From Ilumatobacteraceae bacterium (GTDB lineage Bacteria; Actinomycetota; Acidimicrobiia; Acidimicrobiales; Ilumatobacteraceae): 24,000 nucleotides of DNA. Of the stretch, positions 8,490 to 16,435 are shown in pieces. The notes beneath the pieces were generated by a model. The model made no database searches and had not been told where the DNA came from. It was given only the letters and a program-made list of their open reading frames with translations. Position 1 is the first letter of the stretch. Each line of letters begins with the position of its first letter. Position numbers and translations under genes: made by a program. The stretch is taken from assembly GCA_963720775.1 (NCBI GenBank), contig CAVRGR010000003.1:22391-46390 (forward strand), in the 5' to 3' direction.

Positions 8490-9347
8490 TCAGATGACGC
8501 ACAAGTTGAACTGGCCATGACGGGCGAAGATCGACTCGTAGGCGCGCATCTCGTCGGGCGTGGGTTCCACGAGTTCGCACGTGGTCGGTCGGGCTCCGTG
8601 CTTGCGGAAGCCGATGAGCTTGACGCGGATCGTCGGATCGACCTCGGCCAGCCAGCGGGCCGTGTCGTCGAGCAGCGTCGGATCGTCGTTGATGCCGGGC
8701 AGCAGCAGAAGGCGAACCTCATACAGGCGATCGATGGACTTGAGATAACGAATCGAGTCGAGGACCTGGTCGTTCGGTTGGCCGGTGATGGCGCGGTGGA
8801 TCTCGGGGTCGAGGCACTTGAGATCGATCATCGCACCATCCATCACCAGCAGGAGCGAGGTCCAGGTGCTGCGATCCGCGGCCCCGTTGGAATCGATGAA
8901 GCAGGTCAGGCCGCTGAGCTCGGGGTCCGCTCGAACTGCACCGAACAGCTCGCGCAGGAAATCGGCCTGCTGTGTGGCCTCGCCTCCCGACACGGTGATG
9001 CCTGACAGGAAAGGAGCTGCCCGGCGGATCTCTCCGAGGATGTCTTCCACCGGCCGACGCACGGCCTTCGGAGTCGAGTCCCACTGGCAGGCACCTATGC
9101 ATGCCTCGCTGCCTTTGCAGACGTCGGGGTCCCACGTGATCCCACCCGTCTGGGAGAAGCCGATTGCCTGTGAGGGGCACGCGGCGACGCAATCGCCGCA
9201 GTGGTTGCACAGGTTGATCGTGTACGGGTTGTGGCAGGCGATGCAGTCGAAGTTGCAGCCCTGCAGGAACACCACGAACCGGTTCCCGGGTCCGTCCACG
9301 TTCGAGAACGCGATGGTGTCAGTGACCAGGCCCAGTGTCGCGTTCAT
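8490..9347 (-). CDS. yjjW: YjjW-type glycyl-radical enzyme activating enzyme (radical SAM)
   Basis: The N-terminus is FSNVDGPGNRFVVFLQGCNFDCIACHNP (radical-SAM CxxxCxxC). Two extra Cys clusters follow (CNHCGDCVAACP and CKGSEACIGAC). ITVSGGEAT is also present. The 285-aa protein is collinear along its whole length with E. coli YjjW as I remember it. Confidence 0.88.
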   Translation of the reverse strand: MNATLGLVTDTIAFSNVDGPGNRFVVFLQGCNFDCIACHNPYTINLCNHCGDCVAACPSQAIGFSQTGGITWDPDVCKGSEACIGACQWDSTPKAVRRPVEDILGEIRRAAPFLSGITVSGGEATQQADFLRELFGAVRADPELSGLTCFIDSNGAADRSTWTSLLLVMDGAMIDLKCLDPEIHRAITGQPNDQVLDSIRYLKSIDRLYEVRLLLLPGINDDPTLLDDTARWLAEVDPTIRVKLIGFRKHGARPTTCELVEPTPDEMRAYESIFARHGQFNLCVI

Positions 9348-10866
9348 TGCATCCGATCCGTTTCACGGCTCGTTGAGTGAGGTGGAACGAAGCCTCGGAT
9401 CCGGCAGCGAGGTAGTCGCTGCTGTGCCGGGCGCCGCGTTGTTCGATATCGGTGAGATCGCTCTTGCGGACGAGGTAACCGGTGATGCGGATGAAGTCGT
9501 TCGAGTCGAGGTTGAAGGTGAAGTCACGCATGCCGGTGACGAAGGCGCCGCGAATGATGTCGACGACCGCTTCCGGATTGCGCACAGCGGTGTCGTCCAC
9601 GTGGAAGACGTCACTGATCCCGGCCGTGAACAGGTGGTGGTGGGGCGCACAGGTGTTGATGTGCTCCAACATCGGCGGCTCGTCGCCGACGGGGATTCGT
9701 GTGCCGGCGGTGACGCCGCTGTCGAGGTCGATGCCGCTCTGGGAATGCAGGTAGCAGCGACCGCCACCGCCCTCGCAGTAGGGCATGGGCCGTGCCGCGA
9801 CCAGTTCGGCCACCCGTTCGGTGATGCGGTACGACAACGTGTCGGCGTTCGCATCGTGGCCGTAGCGGCCTGTGCCGCCTTCGTAGGCGATCAGCAGGTT
9901 CACGGCCTCGGCGAGCCCGAACACGCCGAACATCGCCGAGAATCGATCGATCGAGATGAGCCCTTCTTGCGCCAGCCAGCTCGATTCGAAGAAGTGTTGC
10001 TGCTCGACCAACGAGCGAACGCGGGCCTCGGCCAGTTCTGCCGTGAGCTCCACGTACGCCGGCAGTGTCTCGGCGAGAAACGAGTCGGCGTCTCCGGCAT
10101 GGCGCAGCGCCGCCTCCTTCAGGTTGAGCCGGACGAGTGTGTGTGCCCCACCACCGATCTTCAGCGAGTTGTAGCAGCTGACCGCGGCGTACTGGTCGCC
10201 GTGATCTCCGACCATCATCGGATGGTTCACGAAATGCGGCTTGCCGGTCTCGAAGACGGTGCGGACAGCGTCGAGCACCAGATCGTCGGGTGTGAGCCGA
10301 GGGTCGACCTTCAAGGTGAGGTTGGGGACCACCTGGCGAAGTGATCGTTCGACACGAAGGATGGAACGGGCGATCCGGCTGTCACTCGGACCGATGTCGG
10401 TGTGGACGAACGCATCCGGGAGCATTCGATCGAGCGCGATCCAGAACCTGCGCAGCGAAGCATCGAGCTCTTGGTCGCTGACGCCGTCGAACCTGGCGAG
10501 CACCTTGTCGAGATCGCCGAGATAGACGGGATACGTGGTGACGGACGGGACGTGCGCATACATGATCTGCAGGAACGACAGCGCATCGTCGAGGTTGTGC
10601 GGCGCAGGAAGCTCGAGGTGCCGCGATCCTTGGGCGACGGCCCGTTCGTAGTCAGGCAGGACGTACCGAGGGGTGTACGGGGCGTTGCCCTCGTACATGT
10701 CGCAGATGACCCGTTTGTCGAGGGCGTTCTGACAAGCGTCGGAAAGCGTGGGGTAGTCGATCGATTCGGTCGCCAGGGTGGCCAGGCGACGCAGCTTCTG
10801 GTCGTATCCGAGGCTTTCATCACGCACGAGGGCCGTGGCCCGACTGCGCATCTCTTCGAGTTCCAT
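9319..10866 (-). CDS. yjjI: YjjI-family glycyl-radical enzyme (substrate unknown)
   Basis: The protein is 515 aa, versus ~516 aa for E. coli YjjI. The C-proximal motif is DSNDFIRITGYLVRK (the RxxGY glycyl-radical fingerprint; Gly463 codon at 9480..9478). The 3' end overlaps the activase gene by 29 nt. GGAAG lies 7 nt upstream of ATG 10866. Confidence 0.85.
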   Translation of the reverse strand: MELEEMRSRATALVRDESLGYDQKLRRLATLATESIDYPTLSDACQNALDKRVICDMYEGNAPYTPRYVLPDYERAVAQGSRHLELPAPHNLDDALSFLQIMYAHVPSVTTYPVYLGDLDKVLARFDGVSDQELDASLRRFWIALDRMLPDAFVHTDIGPSDSRIARSILRVERSLRQVVPNLTLKVDPRLTPDDLVLDAVRTVFETGKPHFVNHPMMVGDHGDQYAAVSCYNSLKIGGGAHTLVRLNLKEAALRHAGDADSFLAETLPAYVELTAELAEARVRSLVEQQHFFESSWLAQEGLISIDRFSAMFGVFGLAEAVNLLIAYEGGTGRYGHDANADTLSYRITERVAELVAARPMPYCEGGGGRCYLHSQSGIDLDSGVTAGTRIPVGDEPPMLEHINTCAPHHHLFTAGISDVFHVDDTAVRNPEAVVDIIRGAFVTGMRDFTFNLDSNDFIRITGYLVRKSDLTDIEQRGARHSSDYLAAGSEASFHLTQRAVKRIGCNERDTGPGH

Positions 10867-11157
10867 GGCATCACTTCCCTGCTCACACGGGGGCTCTGCG
10901 TTCGACGGTACGCGAGCGCCGTCTCCACCAACAGGGGCGAAAGACCTGGACGAAGTGATGAGCTGGGCCTATCTGGCCAGCCGACGACCAACTGCTGGGG
11001 CCGCATGGGCGCGATCCTGGAAGAGAGAATTCCACTTCCACGCCCAAGCAGGCTCAATGGGTGCTGTCGCGGAAGCAGCACTTCCACGTTCGCGCCCAAG
11101 AACACTGGATCGAAGCCGCACCCGTAGCGGTGCATCCGCGCCGTCCAACGACGCCGA
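10867..11157 (-). promoter_or_regulatory. Structured, repeat-containing upstream/leader region of the yjjI-like gene (promoter, operator and/or cis-regulatory RNA)
   Basis: This is the only long non-coding stretch in the window. A 16-nt direct repeat CACTTCCACG(TTCGCG)CCCAAG occurs at 11079-11100 and 11033-11048. A candidate promoter on the minus strand has -35 TTGAGC (11057..11052), a 17-nt spacer and -10 TGGAAT (11034..11029). A 9-nt pairing, CAUCACUUC (10960..10952) with GAAGUGAUG (10877..10869), covers part of the SD (GGAAG 10878..10874) and the spacer. Several other GC hairpins are present. Confidence 0.35.
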
Positions 11158-11200
11158 CCGGGCGCGCCCCGCGCCGGGCGAACGGTGCCGGTCGCGGCAC
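11158..11200 (-). terminator. Two adjacent GC-rich hairpins immediately after the VOC gene stop (candidate terminator without U-tract)
   Basis: On the minus strand, GTGCCG-cgac-CGGCAC (11200..11185) is a perfect 6-bp stem. CCGGCGC...GCGCCCGG (11178..11158) gives a 7-8 bp GC stem with one bulge. No U-run follows, so terminator function is uncertain. Confidence 0.3.
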
Positions 11201-11622
11201 TAGACGGCGAAGATCTGGGCCTCGTCGACGAACGCCTTGAACTCCAGGGCATTACCGGCCGGGTCGTACAGGAACATCGTCCACTGCTCGCCGGCTTCTC
11301 CGGCGAATCGAACATACGGCTCGATGACGAACGTCACGCGTGCTGAGCGAAGGCGGTCGGCCAGCTCGTGGAACTCGTCGACCGACAAGATCAGCCCGAA
11401 GTGGGGCACGGGCACCTCGTGGCCATCCACAGGATTGTGCGTCAGCGTCGTCGCCGGGGCGAGATGCGTGACGACCTGGTGGCCACGAAGATCCCAGTCG
11501 ACCCACATCTGGTCGCTGCGGCCCTGCGCGCAGCCCAGGACCTCTCCGTAGAACTCGCGGGCAGCGTCGAGATCGTCGACCGGCATCGCCAGGTGGAACC
11601 GCGGCCGCGCCGAGTTGCTCAT
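11200..11622 (-). CDS. VOC (glyoxalase/bleomycin-resistance/dioxygenase) superfamily protein
   Basis: The 140-aa protein starts [23 protein letters not shown] (beta-alpha-beta-beta-beta module start, metal-ligand His). It also has [18 protein letters not shown] and [12 protein letters not shown] (Glu ligand). These are typical of small VOC proteins. Confidence 0.82.
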   Translation of the reverse strand: MSNSARPRFHLAMPVDDLDAAREFYGEVLGCAQGRSDQMWVDWDLRGHQVVTHLAPATTLTHNPVDGHEVPVPHFGLILSVDEFHELADRLRSARVTFVIEPYVRFAGEAGEQWTMFLYDPAGNALEFKAFVDEAQIFAV

Positions 11623-11655
11623 CGCCTCCAGCCTTGCACGTTCGAGCCGATTCGT

Positions 11656-13302
11656 TCAGTGCAGGTTGACGGGAGTGCCGGCGAAGGGCTTGTCGACCAT
11701 CTCGAAGAAATCATGACCCTTGTCGTCGACAACGATGAAGGCAGGGAAGTCGCGCACCTCGATCTTCCAGATCGCCTCCATGCCCAGCTCCTCGTACTCG
11801 AGCACGTCGACCTTGGTGATGCAGTCCTGGGCGAGGCGGGCGGCCGGGCCGCCGATCGAGCCGAGATAGAACCCTCCGTAGGTCTTGCAGGCCTCCGTGA
11901 CCTGACGGCTGCGATTGCCCTTGGCGAGCATGACGAAGCTGCCTCCGGCGGCCTGGAACTCGGCGACGTAGCTGTCCATGCGTCCGGCAGTCGTCGGGCC
12001 GAACGAACCGCTGGCCATTCCGGTGGGAGTCTTCGCCGGACCGGCGTAGTACACGCAGAAGTCGCGCATGTACTGCGGCAGACCTCGTCCCTCGTCGAGT
12101 CGTTCTTTCAACTTGGCATGAGCGATGTCGCGGGCAACAACCATCGGGCCCGACAGCATCACGCGGGTCTTGACCGGGTAGCGGCTCAACTCGGCGCGGA
12201 TCTCGTCCATCGGTCGATTGAGATCTATGGCCACCGCTTCACTCTCGAGGTGCTCCTCGGTGACCTCCGGCAAGTAGTGAGCGGGGTCCGACTCGAGGCG
12301 CTCGACGAACACGCCGTCACGGGTGATCTTGCCCAGTGCCTGACGATCGGCGCTGCACGACACGGCGAGTGCCACCGGGCAACTGGCGCCGTGCCGGGGA
12401 AGGCGCACGACGCGCACGTCGTGACAGAAGTACTTGCCGCCGAACTGGGCGCCGATGCCCGTCTGCTGGCTGAGGCTCAGCACCTTGGCTTCGAGCTCGA
12501 TGTCGCGGAAGCCGTGACCCGACGCCGAACCATGCGTCGGCAGGCTGTCGAGGTACTTCGTGCTGGCCAGCTTGGCGGTCTCGACGGCCAGCTCGGCGGA
12601 GGTGCCGCCGATGACGACAGCGAGGTGGTACGGCGGGCAGGCCGCCGTGCCCAAGGTCTTCATCTTCTCGAACAGCCACGGCAGCAACGTCTTCTCGTTG
12701 AGCAACGCCTTCGTCTCTTGGAAGAGGTAGCTCTTGTTGGCGCTGCCGCCGCCTTTGGCGATGAACAGGAACTTGTAGGCGTCGCCGTCGACGGCGGCGA
12801 TCTTGATCTCGGCAGGCAGGTTGTTGCCCGTGTTCTGCTCGTCGTACATCGTCAGCGGCGCCATCTGGCTGTACCGCAGGTTGGAGGTGAGGTAGGTGTT
12901 GTACACCCCCCGCGCGATGGCCGCCTCGTCGGCACCCGTGGTGAGGACGAACTGACCCTTCTTGGCCTTGATGATCGCCGTGCCCGTGTCCTGGCACATC
13001 GGCAGCACGCCCCCAGCGGCGATGTTGGCGTTCTTCAGCAGGTCCAGAGCGACGAATCTGTCGTTGTCACTCGCCTCCGGGTCATCGAGGATGTTGCGCA
13101 ACTGTTGCAGGTGCGCGGGGCGTAACAGATGAGCGATGTCGCGCATCGCTGTCTGCGTGATGAGCGTCAGTGCCTCGGGCTCGACGCGAAGGAAGTCGCC
13201 CGCTGCGGTCTGCACACTCGATACGCCGTCTGTGCTGAGGAGCCGGTACTCGGTGGAGTCGGGGCCGAGTGGAAGCAGCTCGGTGAAGGCGAACTCTGGC
13301 AT
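11656..13302 (-). CDS. fumA: Class I (Fe-S dependent) fumarate hydratase, FumA/FumB family
   Basis: The protein is 548 aa, the same length as E. coli FumA. It is near-collinear with FumA: [119 protein letters not shown] and [10 protein letters not shown]. Confidence 0.96.
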   Translation of the reverse strand: MPEFAFTELLPLGPDSTEYRLLSTDGVSSVQTAAGDFLRVEPEALTLITQTAMRDIAHLLRPAHLQQLRNILDDPEASDNDRFVALDLLKNANIAAGGVLPMCQDTGTAIIKAKKGQFVLTTGADEAAIARGVYNTYLTSNLRYSQMAPLTMYDEQNTGNNLPAEIKIAAVDGDAYKFLFIAKGGGSANKSYLFQETKALLNEKTLLPWLFEKMKTLGTAACPPYHLAVVIGGTSAELAVETAKLASTKYLDSLPTHGSASGHGFRDIELEAKVLSLSQQTGIGAQFGGKYFCHDVRVVRLPRHGASCPVALAVSCSADRQALGKITRDGVFVERLESDPAHYLPEVTEEHLESEAVAIDLNRPMDEIRAELSRYPVKTRVMLSGPMVVARDIAHAKLKERLDEGRGLPQYMRDFCVYYAGPAKTPTGMASGSFGPTTAGRMDSYVAEFQAAGGSFVMLAKGNRSRQVTEACKTYGGFYLGSIGGPAARLAQDCITKVDVLEYEELGMEAIWKIEVRDFPAFIVVDDKGHDFFEMVDKPFAGTPVNLH

Positions 13303-13335
13303 GACCTCACGCTAGGCCGTCGGAGCCGTCGGGCC

Positions 13336-14691
13336 TCAGGGAGACGGCTGCTTCAAGGCGTTGTCGACCAGGGCCTGCTCCTGTGGCGTCGTCGCCGCGT
13401 GTGGATGGATGGCGCCATCGGCGACCAGCTCGGCCAAGTCGCCGATGCGGACGTCGGGGCTGAACGGGTACAGGGGTGCGATCGATTGGTCGGCGGTCGC
13501 GGCCGCCGGCGAAGCGGCTACCAGTTCCAGCAGAGTCCGCTCGCCGGCGGCGCGAGTTGCCCAGTCGTCGCCGTTCGATCTCAGCGCGCCGATGTTCACG
13601 GCAGTGGCGCCGACCAACACGAGCCGGCCGGCCCACTGAGCGGGAGGGGCGATGCCGGCCAGAAGATCGACTGCAATGCCGAACGCAGGCATCATGAGCA
13701 CAGCGCCGATGTACACGTACCGCGAGGTCGCTGCTGTCTCCATACCGAACCCGCCGCGTTGGATCGCAAGCCCGACGTACATGGCAACGGCGGTGACGGC
13801 GAGGGAAGCGATGAGATCGTGAGCGCTCGCGTCGCGTCGTCTCCACAGCAGCACTGCCAGCGTCGCGACCAGCGAGATGCCCACCAGCGAGCTGTTCAAG
13901 GTCATTCCCTGGAACACTGCCTCGAAACCACGATTGACGAACGCCGGCAACTCCGACCACGTCCCTCGGTTGGCATCGCCGGCCGGGTCCTGCCCCCAGA
14001 ACAACCACCACCACGCGGTGGCCAGCGCGGTTGGGACGGTCGCGATGGCCGCCGCCTTCCAGCGACGACGCATCACCATGAACAACAACGTGCCGAGGAT
14101 GAAGAACGGTCCGAAACCTGACGACGCCACGGCAACGAGTCCGGCCACGACGCCGAAGGCGTCGCGGCGATCCGGCGGGCCATCGTGGTCGATCAGGCTG
14201 AGCTGGACGAGGAACGCCAACACCGACAGGTTGTAGGTCAGCTGCACGGCGAACACGATGTTCTCCCACCCGCTGCCGAACACGGCGAGCATGGCGGCGA
14301 GGATCGTGGCCGTCCAGGCGGTGACACCGGCACGCAGGCAGATCTTGCGCACCATCACCGCAATTCCGAGATGGCACGCCATCGCAGGGATGAGGTACGG
14401 CCAGTACGAGCCGGTGCCGAACAGTGCGTGTATCAAACGCCAGATCAGGATGGGGAAGGTCATCCAATGCCCGTCCTGGGCCATGAACAGCATGTCGTCG
14501 AGCCCGCGGACCTGATGGATCTTCTCGCGGGTGAACGTGAACGCCCAGTCGTCGCGGATGAACCACTGATGACGCCCGACGAGGTAGAGAACCACCATGG
14601 CAACGCACAGAGCGGCGCGGAAGCCCCAACGCGCGCCATCGTCGGAACGTGCCCAGGCCGCGGCGTGGCGCGCTCGGGCCTCAACGTCCAC
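13336..14691 (-). CDS. Polytopic membrane protein, putative GT-C-type (polyprenyl-phosphate-sugar dependent) glycosyltransferase
   Basis: The protein is 451 aa with ~11 hydrophobic helices. An Asp-Asp pair sits directly after TM1 (LYLVGRHQWFIRDDWAF), as in the first extracytoplasmic loop of GT-C enzymes. It ends in a ~90-aa soluble tail. The GTG start at 14691 overlaps the GT2 stop by 11 nt. The fold and function assignment is an inference. Confidence 0.6.
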   Translation of the reverse strand: MDVEARARHAAAWARSDDGARWGFRAALCVAMVVLYLVGRHQWFIRDDWAFTFTREKIHQVRGLDDMLFMAQDGHWMTFPILIWRLIHALFGTGSYWPYLIPAMACHLGIAVMVRKICLRAGVTAWTATILAAMLAVFGSGWENIVFAVQLTYNLSVLAFLVQLSLIDHDGPPDRRDAFGVVAGLVAVASSGFGPFFILGTLLFMVMRRRWKAAAIATVPTALATAWWWLFWGQDPAGDANRGTWSELPAFVNRGFEAVFQGMTLNSSLVGISLVATLAVLLWRRRDASAHDLIASLAVTAVAMYVGLAIQRGGFGMETAATSRYVYIGAVLMMPAFGIAVDLLAGIAPPAQWAGRLVLVGATAVNIGALRSNGDDWATRAAGERTLLELVAASPAAATADQSIAPLYPFSPDVRIGDLAELVADGAIHPHAATTPQEQALVDNALKQPSP

Positions 14692-15391
14692 GGATCACCA
14701 TGTGCCACCACAGGAGCAGCAGCTGCCAGGCGCTGCGTGCGATCGCCGGCAGGCGGAAGAACTGTGACTTGCCCGACGGGCGGAAGTAGTGATGCACCGG
14801 GAACTCGACGAAGCGAGCTCCGGCGCGATCGAACGAACGCATCATCTCCACGCAGATCACCCCCGAGGTTGATGTCAGCGGACGGTCGATGACCAGCTGC
14901 CGGCGGAACATGCGGAAGTCGCAATCGGTGTCGCGGACCTTGAGGTTGAAGAGCAGTTTGACGACATGGTGGTAGATCCGCCCGATCACCTTGCGGTACC
15001 ACGGATCGCCGCGACCGATCTTGTATCCCTGGACGAAGTCGACCTTGTCGGTGGCCAACGGGACGAGAAGCGCCGCCTCGCCGGCGTCGTACTGAGCGTC
15101 GCCATCCGTGTAGAAGATCCAGTCGTTCGTTGCGGCGGCGAAACCGCTGAGCAACGCCTTCCCGTATCCGCCGTTGGTCTCGTGATGGATCGCCCGCAAC
15201 CACGGCCGCTTCTCGACCAATGCGTCGAGCGTGGCTCGCGAGTCGTCGGCGGACCCGTCATTGACGACGATCACCTCGACGTCAGGGACCAGTGGCGACA
15301 ACGCCGCGAAGACGTCGTCGACCAGACCTCCGATGGTCTCTGCGTCGTTGTAGCAGGGAAAGACCGCCGACACGCTCTGCACACCCGTCAT
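14681..15391 (-). CDS. GT2-family glycosyltransferase, polyprenyl-phosphate sugar synthase-like (DPM1/ArnC/GtrB-like)
   Basis: This is the C-terminal 236 aa of the 584-aa read-through ORF. Motifs are VSAVFPCYNDAETIG, VIVVNDGSADDS, NGGYGKAL and FYTDGDAQYD (DxD). ATG 15391 forms an ATGA overlap with the aminotransferase stop (15390..15388). Confidence 0.88.
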   Translation of the reverse strand: MTGVQSVSAVFPCYNDAETIGGLVDDVFAALSPLVPDVEVIVVNDGSADDSRATLDALVEKRPWLRAIHHETNGGYGKALLSGFAAATNDWIFYTDGDAQYDAGEAALLVPLATDKVDFVQGYKIGRGDPWYRKVIGRIYHHVVKLLFNLKVRDTDCDFRMFRRQLVIDRPLTSTSGVICVEMMRSFDRAGARFVEFPVHHYFRPSGKSQFFRLPAIARSAWQLLLLWWHMVIRGR

Positions 15392-16435
15392 CTGCCGAGT
15401 GCTGCCAACGCCGCACACACCTGGCTGATCTCGGCCTCGGTCATCTCCGGAAAGCACGGGACGCTGATGCACTCCGCCGCCCACGCCTCGGCAGCAGGGC
15501 ATTGGGCATGCTCGAGGTCGCGGTACGCGGGCTGTTGGGTGATCGCCAACGGATAGTGCACAGCACTGGCCACGCCGGCGGCCTCGAGCGCGGCGCGCGC
15601 CTGGTTGCGGTCTGCGCTGCGAAACACAGCGAGATGGTAGGCATGGTCGGGGTGCGGAGACTGCCAACGAAGTTGAGGCGCAGCGTGCCGGTAGCGATCG
15701 ACGATCCGGTGACGCCGTTCGACGTCGGCGGCGAGGTCGGGCAGGGCCAACCGTAGCCAAGCCGCTTCGAGCTCCGACATCCTGAAGTTCTGGGAGACGT
15801 GCTCGTGCACGTACTGGGTGGTCATCCCGTGCACGCGACGGGTGCGGACCAGGTCGGCGAGCGCGGCGTTGTTGGTGACGACTGCGCCCCCGTCGCCGAT
15901 GCCGCCGAGGTTCTTCGTCGGGTAGAAGCTGTACACCGTGGCGGCCGATCGCGCTCGGGTCGCGAAGCGCGCCGTGGGCCTGCGCAGCGTCTTCGATCAC
16001 GAGGAGATCGGTTGCCGGCAGGTCGGCCGGATAGCCATAGAGGTGGACGACGATGACCGCTTTGCTGCGCGGCGTGCGGCCGCGGTCGATGTTCGTCGTG
16101 GTGAGACACGCTGTGGATCGATCGACGTCGATGGCGCGCGGGATCGCTCCGAGGGCAGCGACTGCCGACGCGGTGGGTACAGCGGTGAACGCTGGTATCA
16201 GGACCTCGTCACCGGGCCCGATGCCGGCGGCGGCGAGTGCGAGCTGCAGAGCTGCAGCGCCCGACGAAACGCCGACGCAGTGCTGCGCTCCCAGCCATCG
16301 AGCGAATTCGGTTTCGAACGCGGACAGTTCAGCCCCCAGGAGGAAGCTGCCGCTCGACGCAATTCGTTCCGTCGCAACTGCGAACGCCGAGGCAAACCGC
16401 TGCCCGCGCCGACTCAGGTCGACGACAGGTACCAC
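15388..16435 (-). pseudogene. DegT/DnrJ/EryC1/StrS-family PLP-dependent sugar aminotransferase, interrupted by an apparent 1-nt frameshift
   Basis: The N-terminal half runs from GTG 16435 in one frame: ...FETEFARWLG, GVSSGAAALQLAL, VLIPAFTAVPTA, VIEDAAQAHGA. The C-terminal half is in the +1 frame (15936..15388): VYSFYPTKNLGGIGDGGAVVTN (PLP lysine), VHG, NFRMSELEAA, HLAVF, VHYP. The frames switch between 15968 and 15936. Removing one C from GGCCGCC would give ...SAIGATVYSFYPTK. Confidence 0.85.

Noticed and set aside
10867-11157. Assigning the yjjI upstream region to a known riboswitch class: cobalamin, ZTP/pfl or glycine.
   Set aside because: Fragments look reminiscent (GCGGCCCCAGCAGTTGG, GGTGGA, GGAAGTGGAAT). 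However, the diagnostic cores are absent: the B12 box, the ZTP CCGCCTGGGC pseudoknot strand, and the glycine-riboswitch conserved loops. I leave it unclassified.
8490-13302. The idea that the glycyl-radical enzyme is a fumarate-adding (X-succinate synthase-type) enzyme because a fumarase lies upstream.
   Set aside because: The protein is ~515 aa and YjjI-like, whereas fumarate-adding enzymes have a catalytic subunit of ~850 aa plus small subunits. Fumarase adjacency is weak evidence, and the two genes are separated by hairpins and a 333-bp gap.
14681-16435. 584-aa ORF that looks like an aminotransferase-glycosyltransferase fusion protein.
   Set aside because: The middle ~180 codons are Arg/Pro-rich nonsense. 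The true aminotransferase C-terminal half lies in the +1 frame (15936..15388). The GT2 gene has its own ATG in an ATGA overlap. The fusion is a read-through artefact of a frameshift in GC-rich DNA with few stop codons.
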